NCBI GenBank assembly: GCA_000165425.1
Contig: CT868563.1
Location: 124,001-188,000 of the forward strand
Source of the DNA: Paramecium tetraurelia
Taxonomy: Eukaryota
Length of the DNA stretch: 64,000 bases
Reading direction: 5' to 3'
A program made the position numbers and the translations under genes. The notes under the pieces were generated by a model. The model saw only the letters and a list, made by a program, of their open reading frames with translations. It was not told the DNA's origin and made no database searches. The first letter of the stretch is position 1. Every line of letters begins with the position of its first letter. Of this stretch, positions 1-12,452 are shown one piece after another.

Positions 1-1839
1 AGATTGCAATTTAGAAATTTCATTTCTGTAATTTTCTTCCTTCTATTCAAAATTTCTCTAGCTGATTTCTTACTTTTCCTCTAATTATTAATTAAGCAAT
101 TAACTATTCTATTAACTTTTTAGTTGAGCTTTCAAATTACTTACAGTGAATTAATTATCCATTTCCAACTATTATTGCTGATCAATGTATCTTTGGATTA
201 ATTACTATTATTATTATACTTTTTCTTCCAATTCGATAATCAAATTGTTCTTTTCTTATAATTAGATCATTTATTTATCAGCATTATCTGATTTTATAGA
301 GCTTCTTGAGATTCTTGAATTATAAGTTTCAGATTCCACATCATTATCTTATTTTGCATAAGCTATTGAATTTCTCAAGTTCAATAGCTCCTCCTTTTGC
401 TTTTTAATTGCTTAATATAACTCCTTAATTTAATTCTTATTGACATCATACTTTTCATTTTATATCACAGACTCAATCTTGGAATTAGAATTATCCTTTA
501 CAAGTCCAATAAATGAATCCAATACACATTCTAATGAACTATTGTTCAATGATTATCTTGGTTATTGTTATTATTCTTTTTAATCCTATTATTTTTATTA
601 TATAAATATTTATTATTATTGACTTAATTATTCTTTACTTGTTAAACTAGTTCTATGCTTTCTTTTCTGTTGGTCTTCGAATTATAAGAAAGTTGTCAAT
701 TACTCCAATTAAATATGCTTCATAATGTGGATTGGTATTTCATCGATTTATGCATCTGCAAAACTCTTTTATAATTCCAAGCAGATATTGGCTAAGAATT
801 TCTCATAAATGGAAAACTATTTCAATAGTATACATTTATACATCTTTATTGATGAGTAGTTGATTAAAGAGAAAATAGCCAACATAAAATTCTATATAAT
901 TAAACATAAGAGTTGTTAGAATATCAGATGAATGCGTATCTAAAAATACTTTTATTTTTGACTTAGTCAGAGAATCAATTTAAGAGTTTGATTAGTCCCT
1001 TATACAGTCCATTAGAAATGTAACCTCCTAATCAATTGGTTTGTTTTCTTCTGCATCTAATTTGTGATATTGAAACCTTTAAGGGAGTACTTTTTAGTGT
1101 AAAAACAATAATAATGCCAAGCAAATGGCTTCATCACAAAAATACAAGATATATGTGGTTATAAAGACAAGATTTCTTGTTAATCTTACAGGGTTAGATT
1201 TAAAAAAACAATGCAAAACATTTGATATTTTTAATAATATGGAACTTTCCGATTCTCCTACACACATCTTATGATTCCATTCATATAAAGAATAATTTAA
1301 ATTTTTTTTATTCTAAAATCGATTATAATCGATACAAATACCTCCTTAAAATATCTCTATAGATTGGTTTAAATTTAATTTTTTGTTTCATTACTAGCAT
1401 TTTTCAAAATTTTAGATAATGAATTTTAATATTCCTCTTACACTTTCTCAATTACAACACTAAAAATCATTTCAAATTATACTCATCTCCCTGAGCCAAA
1501 GAAGCCCACCTTTTTCCTATTCCAGATAATTAGCCAAACTTGCATTTTTCCACTTCCATCTACTAGGCTTAATGTTTGGAATCATCTTTGCAATTTTTAC
1601 AAATTCTATGAGGAGTTTTTAAATCGTGAGATGGAATGATCGCCTTATCAGGGCCACAATTATAGCAGACATACCTCTAACACCGTTTGCATTAATGTTA
1701 TTTGTGTTTCCTTAGATACTTGTAAAACTAAGTAATACCAATCAAAAGTTTATTAGCATAATTCACAAGCTTCACTTTTGTTACTCGAACTTCCAACAAA
1801 TGTCCTATAAGTGAGTTTAGAGCCAATCTTTTCAAACAT
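1..1839 (-). CDS. FYVE-like zinc finger + degenerate TBC/RabGAP-like domain + coiled-coil protein (3' end beyond window start)
   Basis: Code-6 translation from ATG 1839 gives MFEKIGSK...CELCQQTFDW/KHKQHQCKRC..VCYNC...HRICKNC, a FYVE-type Cys pattern. It is followed by NVLHCFFKSNPVRLTRNLVFITTYILYFCDEAICLALLLFLHQKVLP (TBC-like) and a Gln/Glu-rich coiled-coil. Several ~25-nt introns. Confidence 0.7.
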
Positions 1840-1945
1840 CTCTTTATATATATTATGTATTAATATTTATAATTCTGCAATGTATAAATAATGAGGAATA
1901 TCAATATAGAGATTCTTATTTGAATAATATAAATATTTATATTAA

Positions 1946-3722
1946 ATGTCTTAAGATCAATGTTATGATTAGGGATTGTCAGGCTAATCTTCGCAGTCGC
2001 CTTCACATTAGCAGGTTCAGAAAAGAATGAACCAATTTTCTATTGATTTTTTTATAGAAAAGCGATTTATCACTTAAGAAGATTTGAAACAAATTTTAGA
2101 TAATGTTCGAGTAATTGATTCAATAATAACATCTTAGTGTTTATATAATATTCGTGCAATCAAACTAAATCCTTAGAATCAAATTCCAGCTTTGGATGGC
2201 ACTGCATTTTCTGTAATTGATCCTGATGAAAATAAATTAAATGCAAGATGTGATGCAGTTAATAAAATACTTTAATTAATAGAACAAAGAAACAAACAAA
2301 CCCTCGAAGTAATAATGTTGATTCCTGAAGGTAAATTCATTAAATAGCCTAGGGACTGTCTCATGTGTGATTGGAACTTAGGGAAAATACATAGAGCACA
2401 TTAAATTAGAGACTAAGGTTCATCTTGTCGTTAATTAACCAATCTACGAATTTTAATTAAGAACAGTAACAATTATTGGTAAATATTAGCTCAATATCAT
2501 TAATAGGTGAGTCTTCTCGTATTTTTAATGCAATTAAAATGATCATAAAATAGTTGTAGGAAAGAGGAATCTCCAATGAAGATTACACCAAAAAAGCTGA
2601 GCCATTAGATCCTAGAAGAGTTATGACAAAAGTAGTTTTAATTAATATTAGAGGCCAAATTTGCATTTTAGAGTGTGATAATAGAATATATATTAAAAAA
2701 TAAAGATTTAGAGAGGAAATACTTTGTAATATTTGAAGGGAAAAGGAAATAATGATATAAAAATAAAAGTATGAATTAAAAAAGCTAATTAGAAAAATAA
2801 ACTGAAAAAGGACGAAGGAGTTCTATAAATTGATGGGACATTATTTAATGTTTAAGAGGCGATTTAAAATATTATAAAGAAAGTGACTCAGTAATTTAAG
2901 AAGAATGAGTTTGATATTAGGATAGTAATGCCTGCTAACTTTGCGTCTAAATTAATCGGGGCGAGTAAAGAATTCATTATTAATATAAAATAGAAGGATG
3001 TTAGATCAAAGAATTAGCCAACAAAGCTAAAGGTGCGTAGATAAAGGTGCTTTCAGATAGGGATGACACGGATGCTAATTAAGGTTAGAATTCTGAAGAA
3101 TTTTAGATTGCTTGGTATAAGTGACTGGATCAATGGAAAATAAATAGGAAGCAACAATATTGATTTTGGAATAAATTGAATGTTTCAAAAATGGAGGCCC
3201 TGTATATAAATAATTAATAAGATCCTTGAAAATGGAAAGTACATAAATGAAAACTTTGCATAATAATACAAAAACTCAGTGCAGGTCTAAGACATGAAGC
3301 AAAAGAGGTTAGTGTGGAAGAATTAATTAGGTAGACATTACTCAAGTTCCTCAAGTTCAGAGAGAAGGCAGAGATCAAGGTCATCAAATAAACGATAAAA
3401 ATATTTGAGAAGATCTAGATCATCTAGGTATTTTTGACAACAAATTAGTTCTAATAAGTCTAATAGGCGTAGGTCGAAATAATAGGGACTCAAGACCAAA
3501 ATTGTTGTTAAATAATCTCTTATTGAATTAATACATAAATAGTTGGTTCGTTATTGTCACGATTTCAATGTTACAATAAAGACCTACCCTTCTGTATTAT
3601 ATGAAAAAGATAAATAGGATGTAGGATGGGAGAGTATTATTAAAATAAGCGGAGATGTAAGAGGTTGCATAACAGTTATCCAATATATATTAAATGAGTA
3701 ATGTAAATTATCCAAGAGATGA
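1946..3722 (+). CDS. Multi-KH-domain RNA-binding protein with an RS-rich segment
   Basis: KH motifs MLIPEG/TVSCVIGTQGKYIEHIKLETKVHLVV and IVMPANFASKLIGA/KGCQIKEL, plus an RS tract (RRQRSRSS..RRSRSS). Multiple short introns; ends ...KLSKR-TGA. Confidence 0.85.
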
Positions 3723-3778
3723 AAGTAAAATAAAATAATAAAATATTCTCAACATATAATTTATATGTATATGTCACT

Positions 3779-4270
3779 TCATTTTCTAAAATTGTCCTGC
3801 TCAATTTAGGATATTGTTTCATTTATCTCTGTATGGACATTTTAGTATGAATTCAAAAATGCATCTATAACTTATTTAGCTACTTCTATTCCCAATATTC
3901 TTGAGCCTAAGGCTATTACGTTGCAACCGATTTCAGCTGCTTATTTAGCAGAATTGTAATCATTGATTTATCCGCACCTGATACCTTTGACTTTATTTGA
4001 CATAATGGACATTCCAACTCCACTTCCGCATATTAAGATTCCCAATCCCTTATCTCTCAAGACATCAGAGCATAATTCTGTGGCTATTTCATTGTAATCA
4101 CAGCTTTGTTTTGTGTTAGTTCCTCTATTTATTATGTCATATTCTTGCTATTTAAGATGATCAATTATTATATTTTTGTATTCCAATCCTGCATGATCAT
4201 TGCCGATATAAATTTTATATTAATTCTTTTTTGAAAATTAATAATACGTAATTGTTCTTATTGTGTTCAT
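3779..4270 (-). CDS. rpiB: Ribose-5-phosphate isomerase B (RpiB/LacAB family), intronless, 163 aa
   Basis: KIYIGNDHAGLEYK, SCDY, GILICGSGVGMSIMSNKVKGIRCG and NVIALGSRILG motifs in one uninterrupted code-6 ORF. Confidence 0.9.
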
Positions 4271-4405
4271 GGAATAATTAGTTGATTTTATCATATAATT
4301 TATTTATTCAAATTAGTAATATGATTTATAAGCTTCGTTAATTATGACGTATGAAATGCTGTTATTACTTAAATTGATTGTCCATTTATTACTTTTTAAA
4401 AATAA

Positions 4406-5421
4406 ATGTCTGATTTTATTAGGTGGACATATGAAAACAGACTACAAATCTCTATTGACTTAGCGGCTGGATCAGTTAGTGGAATGTATTTGATAATTAA
4501 TTACTCTAAATAGAGCAAATTGTTTATCAAGTCATCCATTGGACACAGTTAAAGTTCGAATGCAAATGTCTGATGATGGAGTACTATCAACTTTGAAGAA
4601 AATTCTCCAAAATGAAGGAACAAAAGGGTTTTACAAAGGAATGTCATTTCCTATCCTTTCTATTCCAATCACTAATGCCATTGTGTTTTCAGTTTACGAA
4701 TTCTGGAAATCATTTTTTATAGGAAATTCGAATAAATAACTAACTTATTCTTAAACGTAATATTTCTACCGTTAATTATTAGAGCCTTTTGTGGGAGTAT
4801 CGCAGGGAGCTCGGCTGCTTTTTTTTCTTGTCCCATAGAGTTGACCAAGTGCAAATTGCAAATGTAATCTACTGAGAAAATATATAAAAATCCAATAGAC
4901 TGCATATAATAAGTAAGTTTTTATATTAATTTAATTTTAGATATATTAAAAGGAGGGTTTTAAATCTTTGTTCCGAGGAATGTGTGCTACTCAATAAAGG
5001 GAGATTCTAGGTTATTCGGCTTAATTTGCTGTCTATGAATTGATAAAGGACTTGTTGTGCACTTTGTCTTAAAAAGCAGAACCATCAACGGCCAATCTCT
5101 TGATTTCTGGAGGCCTAGCTGGGGTTTCGTGCTGGACAATAGGATATCCTTAGGATGTAGATTTTTAAATTAATAATTATATAGACCATAAAAACAATTT
5201 TATAATGCTAAAAACCATCAGATTAAGCAATTTATAAAGTTAGATTTTATGATGGGGGTTTTCTAGATTGTTTAAGAAAAAAAATAATCTCAGAAGGAAT
5301 AGGATCAATATGGAAAGGATATTCAGTTTGTATTTTGAGGTCCTTTTATGCCAATGCTATAGGATTCTATGCATATGAGCTAGCAAGAGAAAACCTTACT
5401 TCGTTCTATTAATTATATTGA
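4406..5421 (+). CDS. Mitochondrial carrier (SLC25), carnitine/amino-acid carrier-like
   Basis: Three Px[DE]xx[KR] signatures (HPLDTVKVRMQ, CPIELTKCKLQ, YPQD/TIKT) and GFYKG/LFRG/IWKG motifs; 4 short introns. Confidence 0.93.
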
Positions 5422-5477
5422 TTTTTTGAATAAATTCATTGTTTATATTATACTCAATTTTATAGAAAGATATGAAA

Positions 5478-5714
5478 TCAGTTTAAAAAAATCTTGTCCT
5501 AACAAATTTCATCAAGTTTTTCTCTGGATTTGTTCATTCTCCTTTGAATTATAGGATTTTTTTATAATTAATAAGAGACCTTTGCTTTTCGTAATTCGTG
5601 AGATTCTGCTAATGAGCCCACACTCTTTAAATATTCCTCGAAGTTATCGTTTGTGATCTTAGTATTAGTAGTCTATTTGGAGGAAGATAATTTCTTATTT
5701 ATTGAACATCCCAT
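5478..5714 (-). CDS. Small 78-aa protein with N-terminal MGC acylation motif
   Basis: Complete code-6 ORF MGCSINKK...YQLQKNPIIQRRMNKS...FLN-TGA. Gly2/Cys3 fit myristoylation plus palmitoylation. Confidence 0.7.
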
Positions 5715-5994
5715 CTTAATTATATAAAATTTTAGTATTTTAATTTCAAATGTATTATTCAAATATATAAGGATATAAAGTAAAATAATTCATTTAGTTT
5801 ATTTCTTGTGATTAATATATTAAATATGATATTGGTTAGAGATGAATAATTTAAAATAAACTACATTAGCCAAAGACAAAAATTATTTATTAATTATTAT
5901 TCGCAGTTTTAATGAAATAATTAATCTGAATTTCAAATTAATAATTGGAGATGATATAGAAATTAAAAAAAATAAAGATAATAATACATATTAC

Positions 5995-7342
5995 TCATTC
6001 AATGGTAGGATTGTAAAAGAGAACTGTAGGTAATTTAGGTGCTTGAGAACAGTTCTAATAATATTTGATTTATATTAAGAATTCAGTGAATGGATTGATT
6101 AGATCTTTATATAGTTTATAACTGATATGGTCCATGTCATCAGCTAAGTGCATAATGCATTCTCTTGATATGCAATTTTCTAATATTCTATATAATAACT
6201 ACTATATAACTCTTGGGCTTAAGTATACGGAATAATGTTATCCGCTTTGCCATGTAAGATAAAAGTAGGTATCTTGACTTTCTTAATTTAATCTAAATTG
6301 TCAAAACGCTGTCTGATGAGATATTAGGCCCAGGATCCAACATAATCTCTAACAGCTGCTTTTAAGGAAGTAAATGGAGACATCAATGCAAGACATGCCG
6401 GTTTATATTTACTTGCAATGTAGGTAGCTGGTCCACTGCCTATACTCCTCCCAAAAATAATAATGCGATTTTCATTATAGCCTAATCGTTTTGTAAGATA
6501 GTTGTAAACATATTCAGCATCTTTCAAAATGAATTCAGCATTAGGCTATTCATTTTTGTACTTACCATAACCTGGATATTCCATGGCTATAGCTGATACC
6601 TGAGTTTGAATATAAAAAATACATTTAAGTTATCTCTTAAATGAATAAGAAACTAATATGCTTATGTTATGTCTTCACAATTGGCATGGAAATAGAGTAC
6701 AATATTAGGAGAGTGAATCTTGGAATCTACATACATACACGGAATATGTCCAAATATGTGATTAGATTCTCTAGAATTTGATCTGTGAACAGTTGGTTCT
6801 TCTAGGACAAAATTTTCTATCTTTTTATCCAATAATTATTTTGGTAATTTAATGAGAGGCTGACTAAAACAGAAACTTTTCTTGGCTTTAGTTTTAGGAT
6901 AAAAATTAGATATTTTCCTACATAATTCAAACTTTTTAGAAGGAATTTAAATGGATTGCATATTTAATTATTGCAATTTATATGAAACATCAGGACTTCC
7001 CTCATTAGAATCAAAAGATGGTGAATTAATTTCACTAGTTTGTCTTATTTGCTATCTCTAGGTGGCAGGTTTGCAAGGAAAGTTAGGGATTGGCTATAAT
7101 TGACATTCACTGCTTTAGTTAAATGAGGATTACCTAGGTTCTTCAATGATGGAATGCTCATCATCTTCTGATTCTAATTCTCTTTATTTAAAGTACACGC
7201 CTCTTTTTTTGTTTGTACGAGGAACATAATTTTTAAAAATTGGATATAATTTTTTGTACTTTGGAATCCATAATATTTGGCCTTATTCATGTTCTGTTGA
7301 TATTTCTTTAGGAGCAGGGAAAAAAATGAAGTCTAGATCCAT
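5995..7342 (-). CDS. Alpha/beta hydrolase, ABHD17-like
   Basis: MDLDFIFFPAPK N-terminus, LYFHANCED, AMEYPGYG, nucleophile FGRSIGSG, HGKADNIIP and a C-terminal His (DMDH); short introns. Confidence 0.88.
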
Positions 7343-7968
7343 TAATTTTTATTATTGTAATTAATTAAGAGAGTGTGCGATAATTAATTAAAAAAGACAA
7401 ATAAAGCATAAATAATCGATTATAGGATGAATATGCATTTAATATTTTAGGTAAGGATGTAAATGTAAAATTATCAAATAGATAAGCTAATTAAGAGACA
7501 AATTATTTGGAAAGTACTACGCAAATGAAATCATGGATCACAACTATATGCTTATTAAAAGAATTTTGAAATGAATAAGAAGAAAAAGTTCGAAAAATAG
7601 AATTTTTGATTTGTGAAACTGAAAATATAAAAATCCAACTAAAAATTTATTATTTTTATGAATCATTTATAAAAATCAAATGATAATGAGTCAATCATAC
7701 ATATTAATGTTAGTATAAGTAAATCAAAAACGACATACATCAAATTTGTCTTAAGTCTGTATAATACTATTCTCTTTTTTGCAGCAGAAATGCAAATAAT
7801 TATAAAAAATGCAATTTTGGTTCAATGAAATGAGGCATACAGTATACTAAAAATTGCAACATTAAAAATAATTAGGGGAATTTAATAATAAATACTGCGT
7901 CATCCTAGTCTAATAACCCATGTTTAATATCATAGTTTGAAATTATGATTATTCAATAATAAAAATTT

Positions 7969-8822
7969 ATGAGAGGATTAATAATACGCTTTGCATTCGC
8001 TGAATAGGTCTCCATATAGTCTCAGACTCATTTAAAAAGAACTTACAAGGAAGCTACTGTAGAAATGGCCATAAACCCAATCAACCCATATCACCAATGG
8101 TTCATCAAAGTAATCTTAAATTTTATATTTTTAGCTTGATGGCAAAAGTATAAAGACTCAGCAACGCAACATCTTAGCAGTCCCTTCTCCGTAATTGGCT
8201 GCCTGCATTGCATAAGAATTCAATCGTCAGAAAGAATTCTTAAGTTTCAAACAAATGCCACTTATGATGCTTGCCAGAAACGCTATTGATTTAGATTACG
8301 ATGCAACCAATAGAGAATACACTGAAAAAACTATCATTAGTCATTTAGAAAATGACATTATTTTACATCGAAGAAACCAAAACTCATAACTTCTAAAAAT
8401 TCAGTAACAATAATTGGATCCTCAATTAAGATTATTCAATTCTCGATTTGGAATGGACATTCAAGCTAATGATAGTATTCAAATCGCATCATTAAGCTAA
8501 CAAAATAAAGTCAAAATAGAATCTCTAATTAGAGGATTAAATAACTGGTAATTAGTGAGTCTCAGTTCTAAAGCAGGTATGAATTAATATTATATTATTA
8601 GATAACCTCAAATCTTGTATATTGGCAATCCAGTTATCCTACGGATTAGTTGATTTGAATAAAGCCTTGTCACTTTATGACATTGAAAATTAATTTAACA
8701 AGAAACTTACTGAAACTGAAAATCCTCAAGAATCAGATGAAGAAGATAACAAAATTTCCATGAATGTATAGGCAGCACAACTCTTCTCATCACTAATTTA
8801 TTCCTAAAGTATCCTTTATTGA
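7969..8822 (+). CDS. ATP12: ATP12/ATPAF2 F1-ATPase assembly chaperone
   Basis: LKRTYKEATV...LDGKSIKTQQRNILAVPSPQLAACIAQEF...MPLMMLARNAID...HLENDIILHR, with a presequence-like N-terminus. Confidence 0.85.
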
Positions 8823-8901
8823 TATTTTCTTTATATGTGTATAGAATTAATAAATTATAATAATTAGATATAAAAAACAAATATAAGTCAAGCAATTTTA
8901 A

Positions 8902-9653
8902 TCATGACTTGAAGGCTTTTGGTTAGAAAGTAGATAGTGATTAAGAAACCCTTGTCAGTATTTCTGTATGTGTTTTTCTTTCTACTCTTGCTGCTGGAGA
9001 TGGACCAGGAATTTATTTCAGAGGGAGACTCTTCCTTAACTCTACTTTAGGCTATGGTTTATATTGTGCATCCCTTTAAACATCGAAGGGTGTCAGTTCC
9101 GGCCCTAAATTGCTTGTTATACTTCCATATAGCAATCTAAACTAATACTACTTAGATACGTTTCATAATCAAGTAATTATAGTAAAAATCCTGGATTGGG
9201 TCGAACGTATGGTCTCTTCTATTTTAGATATCTTAGTGCTTGTTCTAAGGTGTATTGATAACTCTTCATGAGGTAGGCCAAAACAAGGGTTGCTGATCTT
9301 GAGATTCCTGCTGCGCAATGAACGAGAACATTTTATTGAGATTTCAATGCATTTTCAATGAATAAGTAAGATTTTTCAAAAACATTACTGATTTGAGAAT
9401 TCATATTGTCGTGAATGTCCAAATAAACTTATTGATATTTCGGACCCATCAAAATTTCTATGTATTAAGATATAATACTTTCTTCTGTGCAGATTGACAA
9501 TATGGAATTTATGTTATGTACTTCTAAAATTTATTAATTATGTAGGCAATCTAAATTTCCAAGAAACAATTTTCCTCTTTCTTTTTCGGATAATATCAAA
9601 CTGATTGGTTATTCACCGGGTAAGGTGTATTTAAGCAGATGGAAGCCTTTCAT
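8902..9653 (-). CDS. Dual-specificity protein phosphatase
   Basis: LFLGN, catalytic [21 protein letters not shown] and [14 protein letters not shown]. Confidence 0.92.
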
Positions 9654-9774
9654 TATCAATAAAATTTATTTAATTATTTAAATGCATAAATTAAAAAAAA
9701 TATGTGATATATAGTATTTTGTCAAAACTTTTAATCATTTATTAATATTGATATTATATTGGAAGGGATTAGTT

Positions 9775-10204
9775 ATGAATATTATTTTTGATTTTTTAAA
9801 TCAATTTTGACGGTCTTATAAGTCTTTTTAGATGCAATAGCACAAACCTAATTGTTCGCAAATGGCACCTTCGCAATTCAACACGAATCCTTTGCAACAA
9901 GGACAGCCTCTATATTTTTCATATAAATCCATCATCTAATCAGGGTCTTCTGGATCGATGTCGACTAATAGCTGATCTTATAGAGATGATGCAATACATC
10001 TTTTTATTTTTAGAGCACTTCGTTTTAATACTTTTCAATGTCTTCATTAGTAAGCTCTTTAGGTATGGTTTATGTTTGTGGTTTATTACAGAATGGACAA
10101 TTTTATATGCCATGAAGATGATAAAAATTGAGTTTGAATTCAATGCAATCAGGAGATGGCTTAATTTGAGGTACTTGCTAAATTTCTTCTTATTAGGACA
10201 TTAA
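9775..10204 (+). pseudogene. Possible decayed PEX11-like membrane-protein gene
   Basis: ATG 9775 (MNIIFDFLNQF) reaches TGA at codon 12. A 1-nt shift gives DGLISLFR...YIFLFLEHFVL...YGLCLWFI...RRWLNLRYLLNFF, loosely PEX11-like. It has no stop of its own before the next gene. Confidence 0.3.
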
Positions 10205-10213
10205 ATTAAATAA

Positions 10214-10687
10214 ATGATAAAAAAAACATTTTTCGGTATTTCTTTAAGAGACAAACAAAAATACACCTTTAAAGAGTAAAATGGGCTGCTCTGTTATACA
10301 TTCACTTAAATAGTTTTAGTTGGTACAGGTGAAGCAAAGATATATGGACTTTCGAGTGATAAAAAGATTTAGATTGCCTCTTTGAATGGGAAGCATAACC
10401 AGAGTAAATGCAAATTCATTATGGATGAAAATAATTTTACCCATTTAATCTGTCTTGGAGATGAGTCTATATCGATAAATGTGTTAGGATATAAGTTAGA
10501 AAATAAGGTTTAGGAACAATAGGAAAATAATTAACAAGAAAATTCAATTTTCCGAAATGAATTCAGAGCACTACAACCACAAGAGGAGAGGGAATTGGAA
10601 ACAAGTGAGTTTGAATTACTTTCTAAGAAGGAAAAGAAGTAATATAAAAAAATATAAAATCAAAAATAATTATATCAAAAGTATTGA
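10214..10687 (+). CDS. Nucleoplasmin-like (NPL) domain protein with acidic/basic tail
   Basis: MIKKTFFGISL..YTF..FTQIVL..AKIY..IASL..Q..F..LG....INVLGY pattern of NPL-FKBP/HD-tuin domains, then an E/Q-rich and K-rich tail; intact 157-aa ORF. Confidence 0.65.
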
Positions 10688-10743
10688 AAAATAGTATGTG
10701 TTGTGATATATTAAAATTTATTAGTTTAAATATTTTCTTTGAT

Positions 10744-12350
10744 ATGTTCAGATCAATTTCAAAATGGAGAATGAGAAATTAGCTAAAGCTCTACTTTTTG
10801 CTATTATCTCTATTCTCTACTTTATTCATAGGAATTATTCTAATCGTAACTCAGAATCTTGTATACCAAAAAGTAGTTCTGACTACGTAGTAGATATCGA
10901 CCAAGTTGACAGAGAATGAAATATCAAATTAGTTTGAGACTCAAATGCAATTGTTTTTTGAAGTTATTAATAAAAGTACAATATCATTATATTTGAGATT
11001 ACCGAGCTCTTGATAAATTTGCTTAATTATTTACATTTGTATAATTAGAATTGAGCTTAATAACATCGAAAAGTGATTAATGTCCAGTAAACTAGACTCA
11101 AAATTATCGGAAATCGAATATTTGCTATAATATTTTGAATTTGAATAGTGGCTAGGAATTAAATTCAATTTAATAACAAGACTTATAATTGCATTTGAAG
11201 CATTAAAGTCTATTATAGGAGTTGCTATTGCTTTTTGACCCTGAACAATTTATTATTGGGAATTGGTCGATTGGATCTGGTAAGCAATTCTATTTTTCAG
11301 CCTACTAAGCGATAGGCTATTATTCCACATTTAATATCGCTACTAGGCCGTTCTACTTGAATCATATCAAAAAAGCGAATACCTCTGAATATATTTTTAG
11401 TGACGTATTCTATAATTTTGAAAATGAATATAAAGTCACTATTTCTAAAAACCTTACCAATGATATAACCGAAGGTATTGTGGCCACCTAATTTGAATTT
11501 CAAATAATCAAAAAGTTTTTTTAGGGAAACTTTCTGATTCTCAATAAGGATGGATTAATATTGATTGGCAATGTATAAATGTATTTTCAACCAAACAGAA
11601 CTAATGTTTATTTTTTTAATGAAACCCTTACTGGTTTTAATGAAAATGATTGGAATTCAGTCAGGGTTTACATGGATTACAACATATCGGAATCCAATTG
11701 CACAACTTCGAACTCCTTACACCTATGTAGGTACAACAAGATAACGTTGATGGATGTGATGATATTTGCAAAGTTTTTGCGATTTTCTAATCTGATATTG
11801 ATTATGTAAAAAATGTTTGTTATTAAGATTAAAGAACATAGAGAAGGATGAGGATCTTGAAAGGTAGTTGATTTGGATAGAGGAATAGAAGAATCTTCAA
11901 ATTACTCAATTGTTAACATATCAATTAATTGCAGCTTTGGTCATTAGTCTTACTGCCATCTTGGTTGTGAGATACATCTGCAGATACATGACATATCTAG
12001 AGAGATTAGCACATTCCCATTTTTAAAATAAGCCTGTTGACTTTTAGGTGTATTCTTTCCTAAGAGAAATAAAACTACATTAATAATCGCATTCCACAAA
12101 TATCACTCTGAATCTATCTGATTCCTACTACAGACTAATTTCGTAGTTAAATGCAAGACCATTTATAAAGAATGATGAATGTAAGAATTTTGAATCTTTT
12201 CAATTTCCATCCTTTAAAAAAAAATTTAATCTATTAAAGTGGAAATCTCCTATTCAAGAACTCCACGATAGCAAAGGGACGTCTAGACCAAGTTGCAAAG
12301 CTCTAATATTGAATTTGCTTAGAAAATCATATCAAAGACACAAATATTGA
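10744..12350 (+). CDS. Two-TM membrane protein with an extracellular Cache-like sensor domain
   Basis: N-terminal TM (LYFLLLSLFSTLFIGIILIV), Cache-like FNIATRPFYLNH motif, VTISK..EGIVA, FLILNKDGLIL and a second TM (LIAALVISLTAILVV). Two 22-nt introns restore the frame. Confidence 0.7.
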
Positions 12351-12452
12351 AACTGTTTAGACAATCATATTAACCTTTTTGATCTAATATAATTCCTATT
12401 TTTCTCTTTATTTAAACTTAAATAATAATCCACGTATATTAAATTAATTAAA

